Below are positions 13,620 through 27,470 of a stretch of DNA of 64,000 nucleotides, piece by piece. The stretch is taken from positions 35,032,001-35,096,000 of the forward strand of contig NC_045697.1 in the NCBI RefSeq assembly GCF_009834535.1, read 5' to 3'. The stretch is from Camelus ferus (Eukaryota). The position numbers and the translations under genes were made by a program. Numbering within the stretch: the stretch's first letter is position 1; each line of letters begins with the position of its first letter. The notes beneath the pieces were generated by a model. That model was given only the letters and a program-made list of their open reading frames with translations. It did not search any database and was not told the DNA's origin.

Positions 13620-14075
13620 AAAAAAGAACACAGCACACAAAATACTAACTAAAGTTTACTATGATATATACTAATTTCCACCTTACATTTCAAAGGCTTA
13701 AGCTTTGAAGTCAATTATTTCTACGTGAAGACTTTTCTTAAACTGTTCTGGTAACAATGTGCTGGTGAAATCTATTTCATACGAAACAGGCGGAGTAAAT
13801 ATACATTTAGAAAAGTTAAAAAATGTAGCCACACATAAAGTGACTGACCATGCTCCACCTATTCATCCACCAGTGCATATTAAAAAATCTAGCATGTCAG
13901 CATCTTTAACGTTAAAATGGTCAACATGGAAATTTTCAATACAGAAATACATATTTCTTCCCTAGAATTTTAACACAATGGAAATACACATTCCAGTGCA
14001 GGACTCATCAGTTACTCTGATGATAATCAGTACATGTCAGACTGAAAGGCTAAGGAAGAACAGAGCAGTACTTAC

Positions 14076-14160
14076 TTCTCTTCAATGCTCTCTTTTATGG
14101 GCTTATTATCGAGGTTGCCATCTGTGGGAGCTACCATCGTATTGCTACTAGAAGTAGTTC
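14076..14160 (-). CDS. FRYL: FRYL exon, 85 nt: TTSSSNTMVAPTDGNLDNKPIKESIEE(N)
   Basis: tgcag|GAA...GAA|gtaagt; phase 1-2, required to restore frame. Confidence 0.93.
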
Positions 14161-14826
14161 CTGCAATCAGAAATAAAACAGTATCTGAATATAAGGCCTG
14201 GGGTGGCTCAATAAGAACAGAAGATTGCAAATTACAGATGTCAAAACTTCACTAAAGTGAGAAGAAGGTGATTTTTAAAAAAGATTCGTACTCTTAATGA
14301 CCAACAGGGAAAGGAGACAACAGCAACAAGATTACGGATCCTGGAAAACAAATGGACAAGAAGTACTTAAGTGTTAAGAAGACTGGATCCAGAGCTGTCG
14401 GTGAAGGAAACCAAGGAGCCTCTATATCTGTATTGTTGAAACTCCAAGAGGCTCAGGAATTGTGGCATCAAGTACCTCTGGAAGTAGGGGTTGAAGGAGG
14501 CGCTAACAATAGTAGGATTGTTTGAAAATCAACTTCAGAAGTAGCTGGTCCCCAAGATCTACCCCTCTGCCTCTTATAACTAAAGCTGGGTAGCTGTCTT
14601 TCCTCACCTCTAGAAGTCTTTTTTGATGAGATTAAATCAGAAGAGTTCTGGACTAGGGCACACCATACAAGAGTGAAGGAGGAAGTACTTGACTGAGAAT
14701 ACAGGGACTAAGTGAAAATATACATACATACTTAAATTTGAGATTGGACCCCTCCTATAACCTTCTTATCCCAGAAGGCTTGAAGACTGTGTCTGTGTAG
14801 TGTGTGTATCTACAGATTATATCTGT

Positions 14827-14850
14827 ACACACACACACACACACACACAC
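14827..14850. repeat. (AC)12 microsatellite
   Basis: Direct reading. Confidence 0.95.
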
Positions 14851-15120
14851 CCCTACACCCTCTACTCTTGGCAGATGAGTAGAAGAGTTTTCTCTGGGGA
14901 ATCTGATTAGTGCAAGAGAAAGACCTATAGACCCTTACATCAATAATATCATCATACAACAAAGGACAAAATCAACCAGTCCCACATATACCTACAGAGC
15001 AGCCAATCAACTTTTTAATATGCATACCATTGTTTCTGAAAAGACAGGTCTAGAACTGGTAAGCTTTTGAGGAAAGCTTTTACAAGACAAAAACAAACAG
15101 CAACATAAAGAAAACAGGGA

Positions 15121-15299
15121 GATAAATAACAAGGTCCTGCTATATAACACAGAGAACTGCATTCAATATCAATATCCTATAATCAACCATAATAAAGAAC
15201 AATATAAGGAAGAATATATATGTATAACTGAATCCCTTTACTGTACACCAGAAACTAACACAACATTGTAAATCAACTATATTTCAATTTAAAAAAAAG
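15121..15299 (+). mobile_element. 5'-truncated L1 3' end (cetartiodactyl-type)
   Basis: aacaaggtcctgcta...gtacaccagaaactaacacaacattgtaaatcaactat plus poly(A); TSD-like aaagaaaa(c/t)agg at about 15107 and 15333. Confidence 0.88.
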
Positions 15300-15301
15300 A
15301 T

Positions 15302-15329
<28 letters not shown>
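15302..15329. repeat. (AC)14 microsatellite
   Basis: Direct reading. Confidence 0.95.
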
Positions 15330-15332
<3 letters not shown>

Positions 15333-16153
15333 AAAGAAAATAGGAACTTTAGTTGGGAGAAGAAAACTTTATCAAATATAGAAAAAGATAGTCTAACCAT
15401 GAAACATGAATAAGACACTTCTAAAAATATTCTAATTAAAAAAATACTCTGGAATTAAAAACATTCCAGCAGATATGAAAAATTCAATAGAAGCATTATT
15501 AGAAATCTCGTAGAAAGTATAATAAAAAAGTGAAAAGAGATGACAAAAATAGATCATAAAGATATAGTATAAAAGATTTCTAATTATACAGATGTTATTA
15601 ACATGACAAAAACATTGAACATAAACTGAGTGACATATAATTTCACAGAAATTTAATCTAGAACAGCCCAGATATTGCACTGATTTTCAGATGAAGTTAC
15701 TCCCTCAGGGATGTAGTTTCTTCAACTCAGAATACCACAATAATTATATGTGTACACACAGAAGAATATACACTCACATGATTGGATACTATGTATAATA
15801 CTAGCCCAAATAATTACAGTATTACAGTCATTTCAATAAGTGAGCATTTTTAAATTTACATACTAATTATAGTCATTAAAAAAAGCATTTGTTGTATAGG
15901 AATATGTAAATTACATTCTGGTTCTGAACAAGTACATAAATATATTTCCCTCTATCATATTATGAATCCTTACACTGTTGAACTTCTTTGCTCACATGAA
16001 GATTTGAAAGGTTTTGCCAAGTTAATTGGGTACACGATCCCTGTTAGCTTTTCTTTATGATGATGTTTAAAGCAAACAAATGCTCGCTAAAATGAACAAT
16101 TATGTAAAGCTTCTCTGTTGACACAAAGTCATCAGCTGTGAACAACTTCTCAC

Positions 16154-16322
16154 CTGAGGTGACAGAAGGGATTTTGTAGCTGGAAGTGATGCGGTAATAC
16201 GGGGGGTTATCCATGTGAGTGACCCCAGAACTGACAGGATCGGTCAGCTGTAGCTCACTCACCAGTTCTTCGAGCAATTGCATTGTTTTGTCTCTACCTA
16301 AATAGACAATAACTTTCTTCAC
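16154..16322 (-). CDS. FRYL: FRYL exon, 169 nt: VKKVIVYLGRDKTMQLLEELV...KIPSVTS(G)
   Basis: gacag|GTG...CAG|gtgaga; phase 0-1. Confidence 0.95.
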
Positions 16323-16769
16323 CTGTCATAAAAGAAATCGTTCAGAAAAGAAAAAGCAAAATTTTATCTCACAAACTTGTCTTGAGACACATTTTATCAG
16401 AGTAAGTTCAACTCTAAGTGGTTGGTGAATCAGCACAATCTAAATTTGAACAGACACTGATCAGCAATCAGACATTAATTAGTTTTATAAATACTGTTCT
16501 GTCCTCTCACCCTCAACATTATACCTAATTAGGGTGACCTGAATATGTTCAGTGGTTTCCATAAAGTTATCTACCTTCCTTTTTCCTTTTTTTTTTTTGA
16601 AGAGCAAAAGATAATTTGCCTTCCTATAAATCAGTTTCTGTTTCAATGGAAAAGCTTTCAACTGATACCATTCTAAGTTTTCCCTCATATTTTTATTAAC
16701 TCATCTTTAAAACCCTGGATTTGTCTTTTATTCTGCCTTCCGCATTCTCTATATTCAACCAGTGGCACA

Positions 16770-16990
16770 AAGCGGTGATTAAGAGTGAGGATCTAGAACA
16801 AAACTAGATCTCCAGCGACACAGCCTGGACTGCAGTGTAGACAGAACTCTTACTAGCTGTGTGACCTGGAAAGTTCCCCTCAATTTTCTCTTCTGCAACT
16901 GGGCCCAACAGCACCTACTTCATACAGTTGTTGAGATTAAGTAAATCAAAATATACAAAACACTTTAAAAATGCCTAGTACATAGTATAA
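16770..16990. mobile_element. MIR SINE fragment
   Basis: cttactagctgtgtgacct...cacctacttcatacagttgttgagatta. Confidence 0.7.
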
Positions 16991-17121
16991 GTTAAATTTG
17001 TGAGAACATTTCAGTAGAATACTTTCTATGTACGTTTTAGTAATATTTAATAATTTAATAATATTGTTGGAATAGGCTGATTGGTTAGTAAGTGATCTCT
17101 TTTTTCCTCCCTACTTTAATC

Positions 17122-17272
17122 CTTACTACTCAAAATGCAGTCCTCGAAGAACAGCCATCATCATCTGGAGCTTGCTAGAAATATGGACTCTCAGGCGCCA
17201 CCCCTACCTCCAGAATCAGAACCAGAACGAGATCCTCAGATGATTCACATGCACACAGACGTGGGAGCAGCT
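17122..17272. mobile_element. MER5A-like hAT element
   Basis: catcatctggagcttgctagaaatatggactctcaggc...gagatcctcagatgattc. Confidence 0.7.
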
Positions 17273-19329
17273 CTCCTTTAGATGACCCCTGGACAGATCT
17301 TAAAACATACTTTATAAAATCTGACAACGGTCATCTAATGATTCCTGAACCACACACAGTTCTTGATCGACACGACCTGCTCCATGTGCTAATTTTCTGA
17401 TCTGAGGTTCAGTCCCCTCTGACCACACCAGTGCATTTCTGCCTCTGTGCCTTTGCTCTGTGAGGACCTCTGAGTTGACACCCTTGACCCTCATCCCATC
17501 AAGTCTTCAAGCCCCACCCCGACTCCAGCTGCACTGCCTGCCCAAGAAGCTTCCAATGACTTTTCACTAACAGATCTGGGTTGGACTTTCAGCTCCGTTA
17601 AGCGATAGAGCTAATGGCTGTATGACTTTGAGGGAATCACTCTTTTCTCTGTCTTATTTTATTCATCTGTAAAACTGCAGTTATCTTACCAAACTCACAG
17701 ATTTCTTCTGAAAATTAAATAATGTAGATGAAGCATTTGCACCATGCCTGGCCTGTAACAAGTGCTTAAGAAATGACAATTGAGAAATTATTATTATTGT
17801 CATTAAAAATAGCTCTTTCAAAATTTCTGGCAAAAGGCTCTTCCCTGAATTTCATCTTGGCTTCTTGGAATTATAACTTTGTGCCTGCTTCTAGTGCCAG
17901 CCCCAACTCACTTGTTCACCCATCCAGTTTAAGGGCACCTTCCATGTGTCAGGCTCTATTCCAGGCTCTGGCAAGGTGGGAATGAGCCAAACAGACAAAA
18001 ATTCCTCCTGTTAAGGAGCTCACACTTTATTGGATTTACTGAGGCAAAAGTAATGAGGCAAATAAGGAAAATATATAATCAGTTTGATGATAAGTGCTAG
18101 GAAAATCAACAAAATAGGGAGAGAAAAGAAGAGCTAAAGTGTAGGGGCGGGCGTTTGCAGCCTTAGACAAGACGACCAGCAAAGGTGTCAAGGAGAATTG
18201 ACATTTGCGGAAAAGACCTGAAGGCGATGCTGGAGTGAGCAACTTGGCTGTCGGGTTGGGGAGCGAAAAGAAAGTAAGCGATGGGGCCTCCGGGGGGGCT
18301 GCCTGGTGTGAGAGCAGGACAGTGATGGGGATGGTGTGGCTGGAGGGCAGGGGGCCTGAGGGAGAAAATGAGGTCATGTGGTCAGAGAGGTCACGTGGCA
18401 TCATGTTGCTTTGTACCATACACACACTTTTCTCTCAATGCTTCTCAATGAAGATTAATCCTGTGACATGCCTTCAGAACAATGCTTTCTGTCATCAAGT
18501 TAACTCAGGAAATGCTGTGTAAAGCAAAGCTATTCAATGGTTCCTTTAAAGGAGGATCTGTAAGAACTTCCAGGGCAACACTGCAGAGCTAGTCTCCTGG
18601 GAATACTACCATGGAGATGCTACTACGTGACTGATAATTACAGCTACAAATGCACATGTGTGTTTGTGTGCATGCGCGTATATTCAATTTAACCCTCATG
18701 GTTGATACTTTCATATTGTAACCTTAACTCGAGCAGATTTAAGTATTGTTTGCCCCTTGAAGGCCAAGGTTGTTATACACTTCTCTGTATATCCCTCATC
18801 ATGCCTTCCCTTGCTTCCAGAAGCCTCAGGACATGATTACCTCGGCACTGAGCTCTCACCTCCCATCCTGCTCTAATATCCCAATGCCAGCTCCTGATTA
18901 AAAAAGACTATCAACATCCTCAATTCTGTGGTATCTGCTCCCTATCATCTCTAATGCCCCAGACAGAGGTGCTTCCAAGGTTATTCACTCTCAGGATTCT
19001 GCAGTTTTCCTTCGTGGTCTTTACCATGACTGTACTTCATTAACCTACTAACTTATTCATTAAATAAATTAGATGCAGGTTCAAAGAATAAAATCTGAAT
19101 CATCCATCAGATTATAATGCCCAGAACACAGAAGAGCACTTGGCCTATAGTAAAGCCAGATGATACTTGTTAAGTGAATCAACGAATAAATCCATGCTAG
19201 TTCCTGACTGTCCTCATCCTGGCCCTTGCTTTGCCTCTGCTGGTCTACTGCTGCCCAGACTCTGACATAAGACACTGGGTGTACGTATATATTTAGAAAA
19301 AAAAAAAGTAAATGAACTTGAACACATAC

Positions 19330-19470
19330 ATAAGGCAAGAGGCTTGGTTCACTATTCACTCCACAAATGCTGATCAAAAAGTGCAAAATGATTTTCAGGT
19401 TTTTTGGCCAGCCATCTGCAAGTGTGGTCCACACGTTCTCCACCTCCGACCAGGCCAGCTCATCACCATA
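19330..19470 (-). CDS. FRYL: FRYL exon, 141 nt: YGDELAWSEVENVWTTLADGWPKNLK...EPSLLPY
   Basis: tctag|TAT...TAT|gtatgt; phase 0-0. Confidence 0.95.
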
Positions 19471-19824
19471 CTAGATGCAAGATACACAAGACACTCTTCA
19501 GTAACGACTGTATTCAGTACAAAACTCGTCACATCATGAAATATTAGAAAACAATGTTTTCACTGACAGCTTTAATCTTTTCCACACTTTAGAGGAATAA
19601 TCAACAAATCTAAACAGAAGTATCATTAGTCACGTGATTTTAGTACCTCCCTCCAAAACATATATATCCCAATGAGAAGTTTTTTAAAGAAAGGAATTTA
19701 TTTATAACATACACTTGTTTGATTATTACAGCATTATCTAACCTCTTCCATCTATTTCTAACCTGTTTACTCCTCCTAACTCAGTAATTCTGTGCAGCAA
19801 CTGCAAATACAAAACCCATTTTAC

Positions 19825-20084
19825 CTTTGCCGTCATGTACATCAGATTATTCAAAACCATGGCGGTGGCTTGTGGGGATCCCCAGCCTTCTCCTCGTAAC
19901 CAGCGCCTGCTGGTCACCATAAGTTCTCGGTCTTTTAGGGAATCATCTTCATCTTCATCATGTCGCCTTGCTGTGGGCAAAGGTTTTAAATCTACCAGCT
20001 CGATGTTGTTCATCCACGGTAACAGATAGTGCAGCATTACTTGCCTCCCAGCAGGGTGAGCTGTCTGAATTCTCTGGCTTATCT
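19825..20084 (-). CDS. FRYL: FRYL exon, 260 nt: ISQRIQTAHPAGRQVMLHYLLPW...LMYMTAK
   Basis: tacag|AGA...AAG|gtaaaa; phase 1-0. Confidence 0.95.
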
Positions 20085-20354
20085 CTGTAATTAAAAACAG
20101 GTCAAAGAGAGAACAACTGATATAATTCTGGTTTCCTCTGATTTGTAATTAAATTAACTTAAAAAATTTAAAATTTAATTGTTTAATTCTTAAGGAATGG
20201 CAAGCCAGGTTTTATTTATTACATTTAAGAATTATGAGCACTGTTTCTCCTTTTAATAAATTTGACCTTGAATGACATCATAAAGATAACAGCTAACACA
20301 TATCAAATTCTTACTTTTTACATAAAATATCTTTGGTGATTAAGAAAAATAAAT

Positions 20355-20940
20355 GTTTGTACACTATCGGTGGGATTGTAAAATGGTGTGACTGCTGTGG
20401 AAAACATAATCGTTACTCAAAAAATTAAAAACAGAAATATCATCTGAGTATATAACCAAAAGAACTGAAAGCAAGGTCTTGAAGAGATATTTGCACAATA
20501 AAGCTCATAGCAGCACTATTCACAATGGCCAAAAGATGGAAGCAATCCAAAAGTCCATTGACAGATGAAAGAATAAACATAATATGGTATATACGTATGA
20601 TAGAATACAATGCAGCCTTAAAAAGGAAGGAAATCCTGTTACTTGTTACAACATGGATGAACTTTGAGGACATTATGCTAAGTGAAATAAGCCAGTCATA
20701 AAGCCACAAATACTGTATAATTTCACTTCCATGAGGTATCTAACATAGTCAAATCCAGGGCTGGAGGAAGTTTGGGAAAAGGGGAGCTATGGTTTAGTGG
20801 GTATAAAGTTTCAGTTTTGCAGGATGAAAAATTTCTGGAAATCTGTTTCATATTTAACACTACTGAACTGTACAGTTAAAATGATTAATACAGTAAATTG
20901 TGCTTTTTACCACAATAAATAAATGTAATAAATAAATGCA
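20355..20940 (+). mobile_element. L1 3' end (L1MB-like)
   Basis: ggtgggattgtaaaatggtg...gcagcactattcacaatggccaaaagatggaagcaa...gacattatgctaagtgaaataagccag. Confidence 0.88.
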
Positions 20941-21851
20941 ACATAAAAAGCAACCTTTATACATGGATTAATTTAAATGAAGTAGCCCACATATTTTGGT
21001 TCTGTCTAGGGGAAATGTCTATGATGTGCTTGTTACTTTAACATTCACCTCACTTAATGCTCATGACAAACCTATGAGGTGGACAGTCTGAACAACCCAC
21101 CCAATGCCAGACAATGATCAAGTGGCAGAGGCTTAAAATGCAAGGTTGATTCCAAAGCCCATGAGTTTTTATATATTGTTTACTTTCCATGAACCACTTT
21201 AAGTAAAAATCTTTTTTTCTCCTCAAGCCCCCTTTTGCCCACTAGGTCTTAAACCTATTTACTCATCAGAGGGACTGACTATGGAAGTGCAGTGATTTGG
21301 AACTTGGCTCTGGAATCACACACACCTGGGTTTGAATCCCAGCTCTATCACATACATACAGGTTGACCCAGGGTCTACCTGTCAACCTCTGATTCTCAAC
21401 TTATTCTGTAAGAAAGTAACAAAAGTAGTTGTGTCATATTTATTGTGCAAATTAAACACACTGCTCAGGCCAGTGCCTTGCACATATTTATGCTCAATTC
21501 TAACTTTTTACAAGAACCCCTTCTATTGAGTAGGTTGATATAATTGCCACGAGTATGAAATATTAGCCCAGGAACTCTGAAAGCAGTTGAATGAAGGGAT
21601 CCTGGCCAGGGGGAGAGTACATGCACACGGGAGTTGGGGCCAAGGCAGCACCCACTGCCATCCTGACCAATTCTATGACCTCTGAGATCCAGCTGGGCCC
21701 CTCTGATTTCTGTGCTGGAACCTCCAGAAGAAGCCTAGCAGCAGCAAAATAAGCACTCACAGTGGTCACTACTTTGTGTTGATGACCACCCACGTCCATC
21801 TTGAAAGGGTTGTCAAGACAGGGGCAGTTGGGGAGAGGAGGGGGGCGTGAT

Positions 21852-21868
21852 TGCTGCCATCTACTGGG
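21852..21868 (-). promoter_or_regulatory. CTCF core motif
   Basis: Minus strand CCCAGTAGATGGCAGCA; motif match only. Confidence 0.5.
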
Positions 21869-22811
21869 GCAGACCAAACAGGTGCGCTGCTTTAAACACT
21901 GAATGTTAGTTGAATTGTTGTTTTTTTCCCCAACTCAGTCAGTTAGGGATAGGAAACAAACTACCTCCACCTCTGAAATAAGCACTGTGGAAAGACGCAT
22001 AAAGATGTCTCAAGCCCAGATGAAAGGATCCACAGCGGAACACTGTTATCCGCTGGAGGCCAGTTTGGGCGCACTTCTAGTACCCAGACTAGAACAAGAT
22101 CTTGCTGCGGGTGAAGAGCAGAAGAACTTAGCTGAGTGTCTTTTGTGTTATAATGAAAGCCTTTCAGTTAAAGGATAAAGCACTATGCGGGCATCTGCAA
22201 CAATGCTCCCTGGGCAGAAGGTTAAGCTGGATGAATCCCAAATTGTCCTAACTCTGAGCCCTGGGAGACCCAGGAAGATAGGACATTTTGCCTGACACAC
22301 AGACCCTATGTTTTAGAAACTCCTGGCAGGAATGTTTTTTGGCCCCAAGGAAAGGAAACTGGACCAAAAGCAACGTGGGATCCTAGCGACAGTTTTACTT
22401 AAGGCAGTGAAGAACCTTTCCCTATGATTAGAGGGAATCATTCTCATTTTTATTATTAAAGGCAGACCAGTACATAAGATAAGCCACATACTAGAAGATT
22501 CAGGAAGTCCTATGTCTATTACAGAAATATTTTAAAAAATTGCCTGTGAAGTCCCCTCCTACTCCCCCACCCTTCGCTGGGGTGGAGCCGAGGATGGAGA
22601 TTGAAGTTAGAATCCCTGTGAGGATTTAACAGGAAATCTCAGTATCTTGGTAGAGCAGTGTTAAGAGTTCATATTAAAGGGAAAAAAGTCTCTTATATAC
22701 ACACGTTTTGTATTAATTCAACCTCAAATTTCATATATTTAAAATTTCCTAAAAGTAGATTTTTAGAAATGATTGTTAAAGAAAAACTACTAACCAGTTC
22801 AATGGTCATAC

Positions 22812-22980
22812 CTGAGAACATGGCGAGAGTTAGCTCAGGATATGCCCGTGCTAATTCCTCAGACAACTGATAATATGAAACGGAATACAGATGTGGCAGA
22901 GGAGACAGCTGGCTGAGTACTCCATCTGTTCTCTGAACCTCCAATTTGTGAGCATAGCGAAACATCTTCGGTTCCAGGAT
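22812..22980 (-). CDS. FRYL: FRYL exon, 169 nt: ILEPKMFRYAHKLEVQR...ELTLAMFS(E)
   Basis: tgcag|ATC...CAG|gtatga; phase 0-1. Confidence 0.95.
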
Positions 22981-23882
22981 CTGCAGGAATGCAATCCATC
23001 AATTTAAGATTTTTATGGGTTCCCTAAATTTCAGCTCTAATTAAAACAGTAAAATCTTCTCCTAAGAAATATTCCAGTTTAAAAGTTATATAGCTATATA
23101 TGTTGCAAAGTTTTTCAGATGCTAATTTCTAATTCCAAGAAATGTTTATAAAAGATCTATAACTCTTTACAAGGCTTTACACTCCCTGTGTTGAATGCCA
23201 GTGATGTGGGTTAGTAGCCTAGTCTGAAAATAACTCCAGCAATTTAACATACAATTACTTGAAGAAGATTTACCACTTTTCCAGTTCAAAACTCTGACTA
23301 TATAAAAACACGTATACATGAAAAAAGTTCTTCAAACCTATCTTGGTTAATCACAGATTAAATATGGAATATAAGCTAAAGGTTCTTTTGACATTACTAC
23401 ACACAGAGCTACACTACTCAACTTTCTTCTTAATTAAGACATTAGGTTATAATTCCTAAGATGGTCCCTACCAGCCCCAGTACTGCTTCAAACTCCGGAA
23501 GAATCAGCATCTCCTTGAATCCCAGTCTTAACCCTTGGTTAAGAGGGTGAAGAACTACATCCTACTATCAGTGGATGATCTTATATCCATGCTTGGTAAG
23601 TTAACTCTCAAACACTTGACTCACACTATTCTTACCTGCTGAACAGAAGTAGTTAAATGCACACATAGGCCCTCACCACACAATTTTTGTAAGTACTCAC
23701 ATACCCACACACAGAGGCAACACACAGGTGAGTGCAGGGGGTATTACACATAAGCCCCTACAATACACTTCTCAATAGTTTACATTATTTATAGACTTAA
23801 ATCACCCATATGATCTTAGTTTTCTATTTCTAATGATAATTAGGAATAGACACCATACTCCACTATTAAAGGCAAAGCTGAA

Positions 23883-24037
23883 CAGGGAACTATATTCAAT
23901 TTCTTGTAATAACATATAATGGAAAAGAAAACATATGTATGTATGTATAGGTATAAATGACTCACTTTGCTGTACACCTGAAACTAACATTGTAAATTAA
24001 CTACACTTCCATAAAAAATGAAAAAAAAATAGCAAAT
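23883..24037 (+). mobile_element. Short L1 3' end (cetartiodactyl-type)
   Basis: cagggaactatattcaat...gctgtacacctgaaactaac plus A tail; TSD-like aaagctgaa at 23874-23882 and 24038-24046. Confidence 0.88.
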
Positions 24038-24062
24038 AAAGCTGAATATCAGTGTACTTTCA

Positions 24063-24248
<186 letters not shown>

Positions 24249-24475
24249 TTACAAGTGAGGTAAACAATGCTTAGAGCTTTTCACACCAGTTCATAAATAG
24301 GATATAAAGGGCAAGGCTGCAGGCATGTAGCTGACTGTTTTTTTTCCCTAAGGCAATAGGTACAACAGATGCACGGTGATCATTATCCTTATTTGGTTAA
24401 ATTCTGTTAGAGCTTAAGGAAAGAAAATATTGGAGTCTTACTATTTCTGAGTTCAAAAGGGAAATGTTTTCTTTA

Positions 24476-24703
<228 letters not shown>

Positions 24704-25418
24704 TTATTTAACTGTCCATATCTCCATATTTTTATTAAAATTATACAGTGCTTATATTCATTGCATTTAATCACAAAACTCAAGTCTTTTTTTTTTGTTC
24801 AACTCTTTCTCATTTTATTCAGCCAGCAGAAAAAATGACATGGAAAAATTATACTTGGTCTCCTGCTTTTTATGTAAGACTCTGAGTGGCACAATTCTTT
24901 CCTCCAGCGGAGCCCCGGAGGTGGCTGATGAATATGAACAGTGATTAAGTGCTTTCAGAAAAGTGAGTTATTAACCTCTCCAGTTATTTTTATCAAGCCT
25001 TATTCTTGTTTTTGATAACCCAATAGAAAAATTATTTTGAGGGGGAAAAATGTGGGGGGAAAATTTAAGCCTTATTTTAAATTATATAGTGTATGTGTAC
25101 AGTATGAGGGTAAGGTGGGCAAGAAGTAGGGAGCGCAAGAAAGAACGATTAATTGGAGAGTGGCCACAAAAATTAAATTAAACATAGCAAATAACATATT
25201 TCTTCCATGGAGCTCATTGTATTCCACATCAATAATTTTTTATAGACATAGAACCCTATCTGTGGGAGATACACCCACTACTATATTAATCCCATAATAT
25301 AAAAGAGAAATTAAAATTATTCAAATGAGTACTACATTAAGAATTAGAAATTTATTAGACTATAGTATCCAATTTAATTTGATACATTTTGCATATAATT
25401 CTAACCTATCTTATTTTA

Positions 25419-25631
<213 letters not shown>

Positions 25632-26150
25632 TTAGAATTACATTTAAAACATTTAAGAGGTTAAATGTTGGTTGCTTAATGAGAAGCAGCAGAATATTTC
25701 ACTCATGCTTACGTAGCCACAAAAATCTTTAATTTTTTTCTTTATAAAGAAAAGCATAATAGTAATTTTTGAAACTAAGAAATTTACTATGAGTAGTAAG
25801 TAAATATTATGATACCAAATCAGATATGGAGTTTGAACAGTACTGAAGAGAAGGGGGAAAAAAAGATCAAGAGAAAGTATTTAAGTAGGAAAGAAACAGG
25901 TATTTCTTTGAGGCAATCCTCAATTCTTTAAGAGAATGGCTTCCAATTACGGTAGATTCTGAAACTTTTTTTGCATTGTATTTATGTACTTAAATGAACT
26001 TACAGTATAAGTGTTTGAATACAGCAGGCAAATATATATTCTAATACTCTCAGGTAGTCTGAAGAAATCCTATCCTTTTTATAACACCAGGCACCTGAGA
26101 GACAAAAAAAATTTTACTCTTAACATAAGAAAAAAGAAATAAGATTTCTA

Positions 26151-26381
<231 letters not shown>

Positions 26382-27349
26382 TCATTTTTGTTGAATGTGA
26401 TATTGTAAAATAGGAAGCAGAAGTTTTCATTTTGACCTACGCCATAAACAGAAATTATTTACATATATGTAAATCACAGAAACAAAGTTGCAGTCTATGT
26501 CAAGTTGCAATCCACGTCATCATGTTGTACAGTATTACATGAGGTGCAGCATTATGTGAAACACAGCATCTTGACAAGCAGATTTCATGGCAGTCACGTT
26601 GCCTGGAGGCTGGCACAGAGCTGGGAGTCAGGACCCTGCTTCTCCCTGGGCTGTTGCTGACTACATGGTAACCTTGGCCAAAACATTATCACAAACACAC
26701 CCTGGATTTTGGTGTGGTAAGGGAGAGCTTTGGACTATATAAATTGTTTTCAGCTATAAAAGGATTGTAACATGGAATCCTGATATACATCACACACAAC
26801 AGGGGAGTTGACCTATTTGCAGTGAAGTGTGAGGCCAGGGGTCCAAACCCATTCTGCTGCCTTTTGCTGGTGGTTTAGATGATTTCTAAGGATTCTTTCC
26901 ACTTTAAAAATCTACTCTGCAAGTTCTCTGCATCAATCCTTGTTGAAGAAACTCAACAGTATCGTAATGAGCCAAAGTAGAAGCTGTAGACAATTATATC
27001 TTAACATTAGTAAGCTTCAGATCAGAAAATTTAGAGGAAAAAACGCCCTTTTCCACTACATAGCACCATTTATCCCTAAAGTTCAAAACAGGGTTCCTGC
27101 ACTTGAAATTAAAGTGCCTAAGAGGTGCTTACAGGACCCTTCTATAAAATACAACCCATGCTCTTATCTTGAAAAGTCAACTATTTGCATATACTTTTTT
27201 TCACTGGCATATAACTTTTAAGGTAACAAAATAACTTTAATTCTTTCCCAGAAAGAAAAAGAAATATTTGTATTTACACTGTATAGCAAAGGCTATAACC
27301 ACATTTTTACACTTGTAAAGAATTTTAGGCTTTTAAAAATGCAAGTGCA

Positions 27350-27470
27350 GGGGGAGGGTATAGCTCAAGTGGTAGAGCGCATGCTTGGCATGCATGAGGT
27401 CCTGGCTTCAATCCCCAGTACCTCCTCCAAAAATAAATGAATAAATAAATAAACCTAATTATCAAAAAAA
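27350..27470 (+). mobile_element. tRNA-derived SINE (camelid vic-1-like)
   Basis: GGGGAGGGTATAGCTCAAGTGGTAGAG (A box), GGCTTCAATCCC (B box-like), A-rich tail; imperfect TSD aaaaatgcaa(g/at)tgca at 27335-27349 and 27475-27490. Confidence 0.85.

Larger units (their letters stand above)
14260..15680 (+). mobile_element. Old L1 5'/ORF1-like remnant interrupted by a younger L1 3' end
   Basis: A-rich degenerate sequence resembling L1M 5' regions; subfamily not resolved. Confidence 0.45.

Noticed and set aside
18036..18522. 129-aa and 105-aa ORFs
   Set aside because: They overlap degenerate L2-like sequence and show no recognisable protein features.
27350..27425. Functional tRNA gene
   Set aside because: It has an A-rich tail and TSD and matches a second diverged copy at 6131-6224, so it is a SINE.
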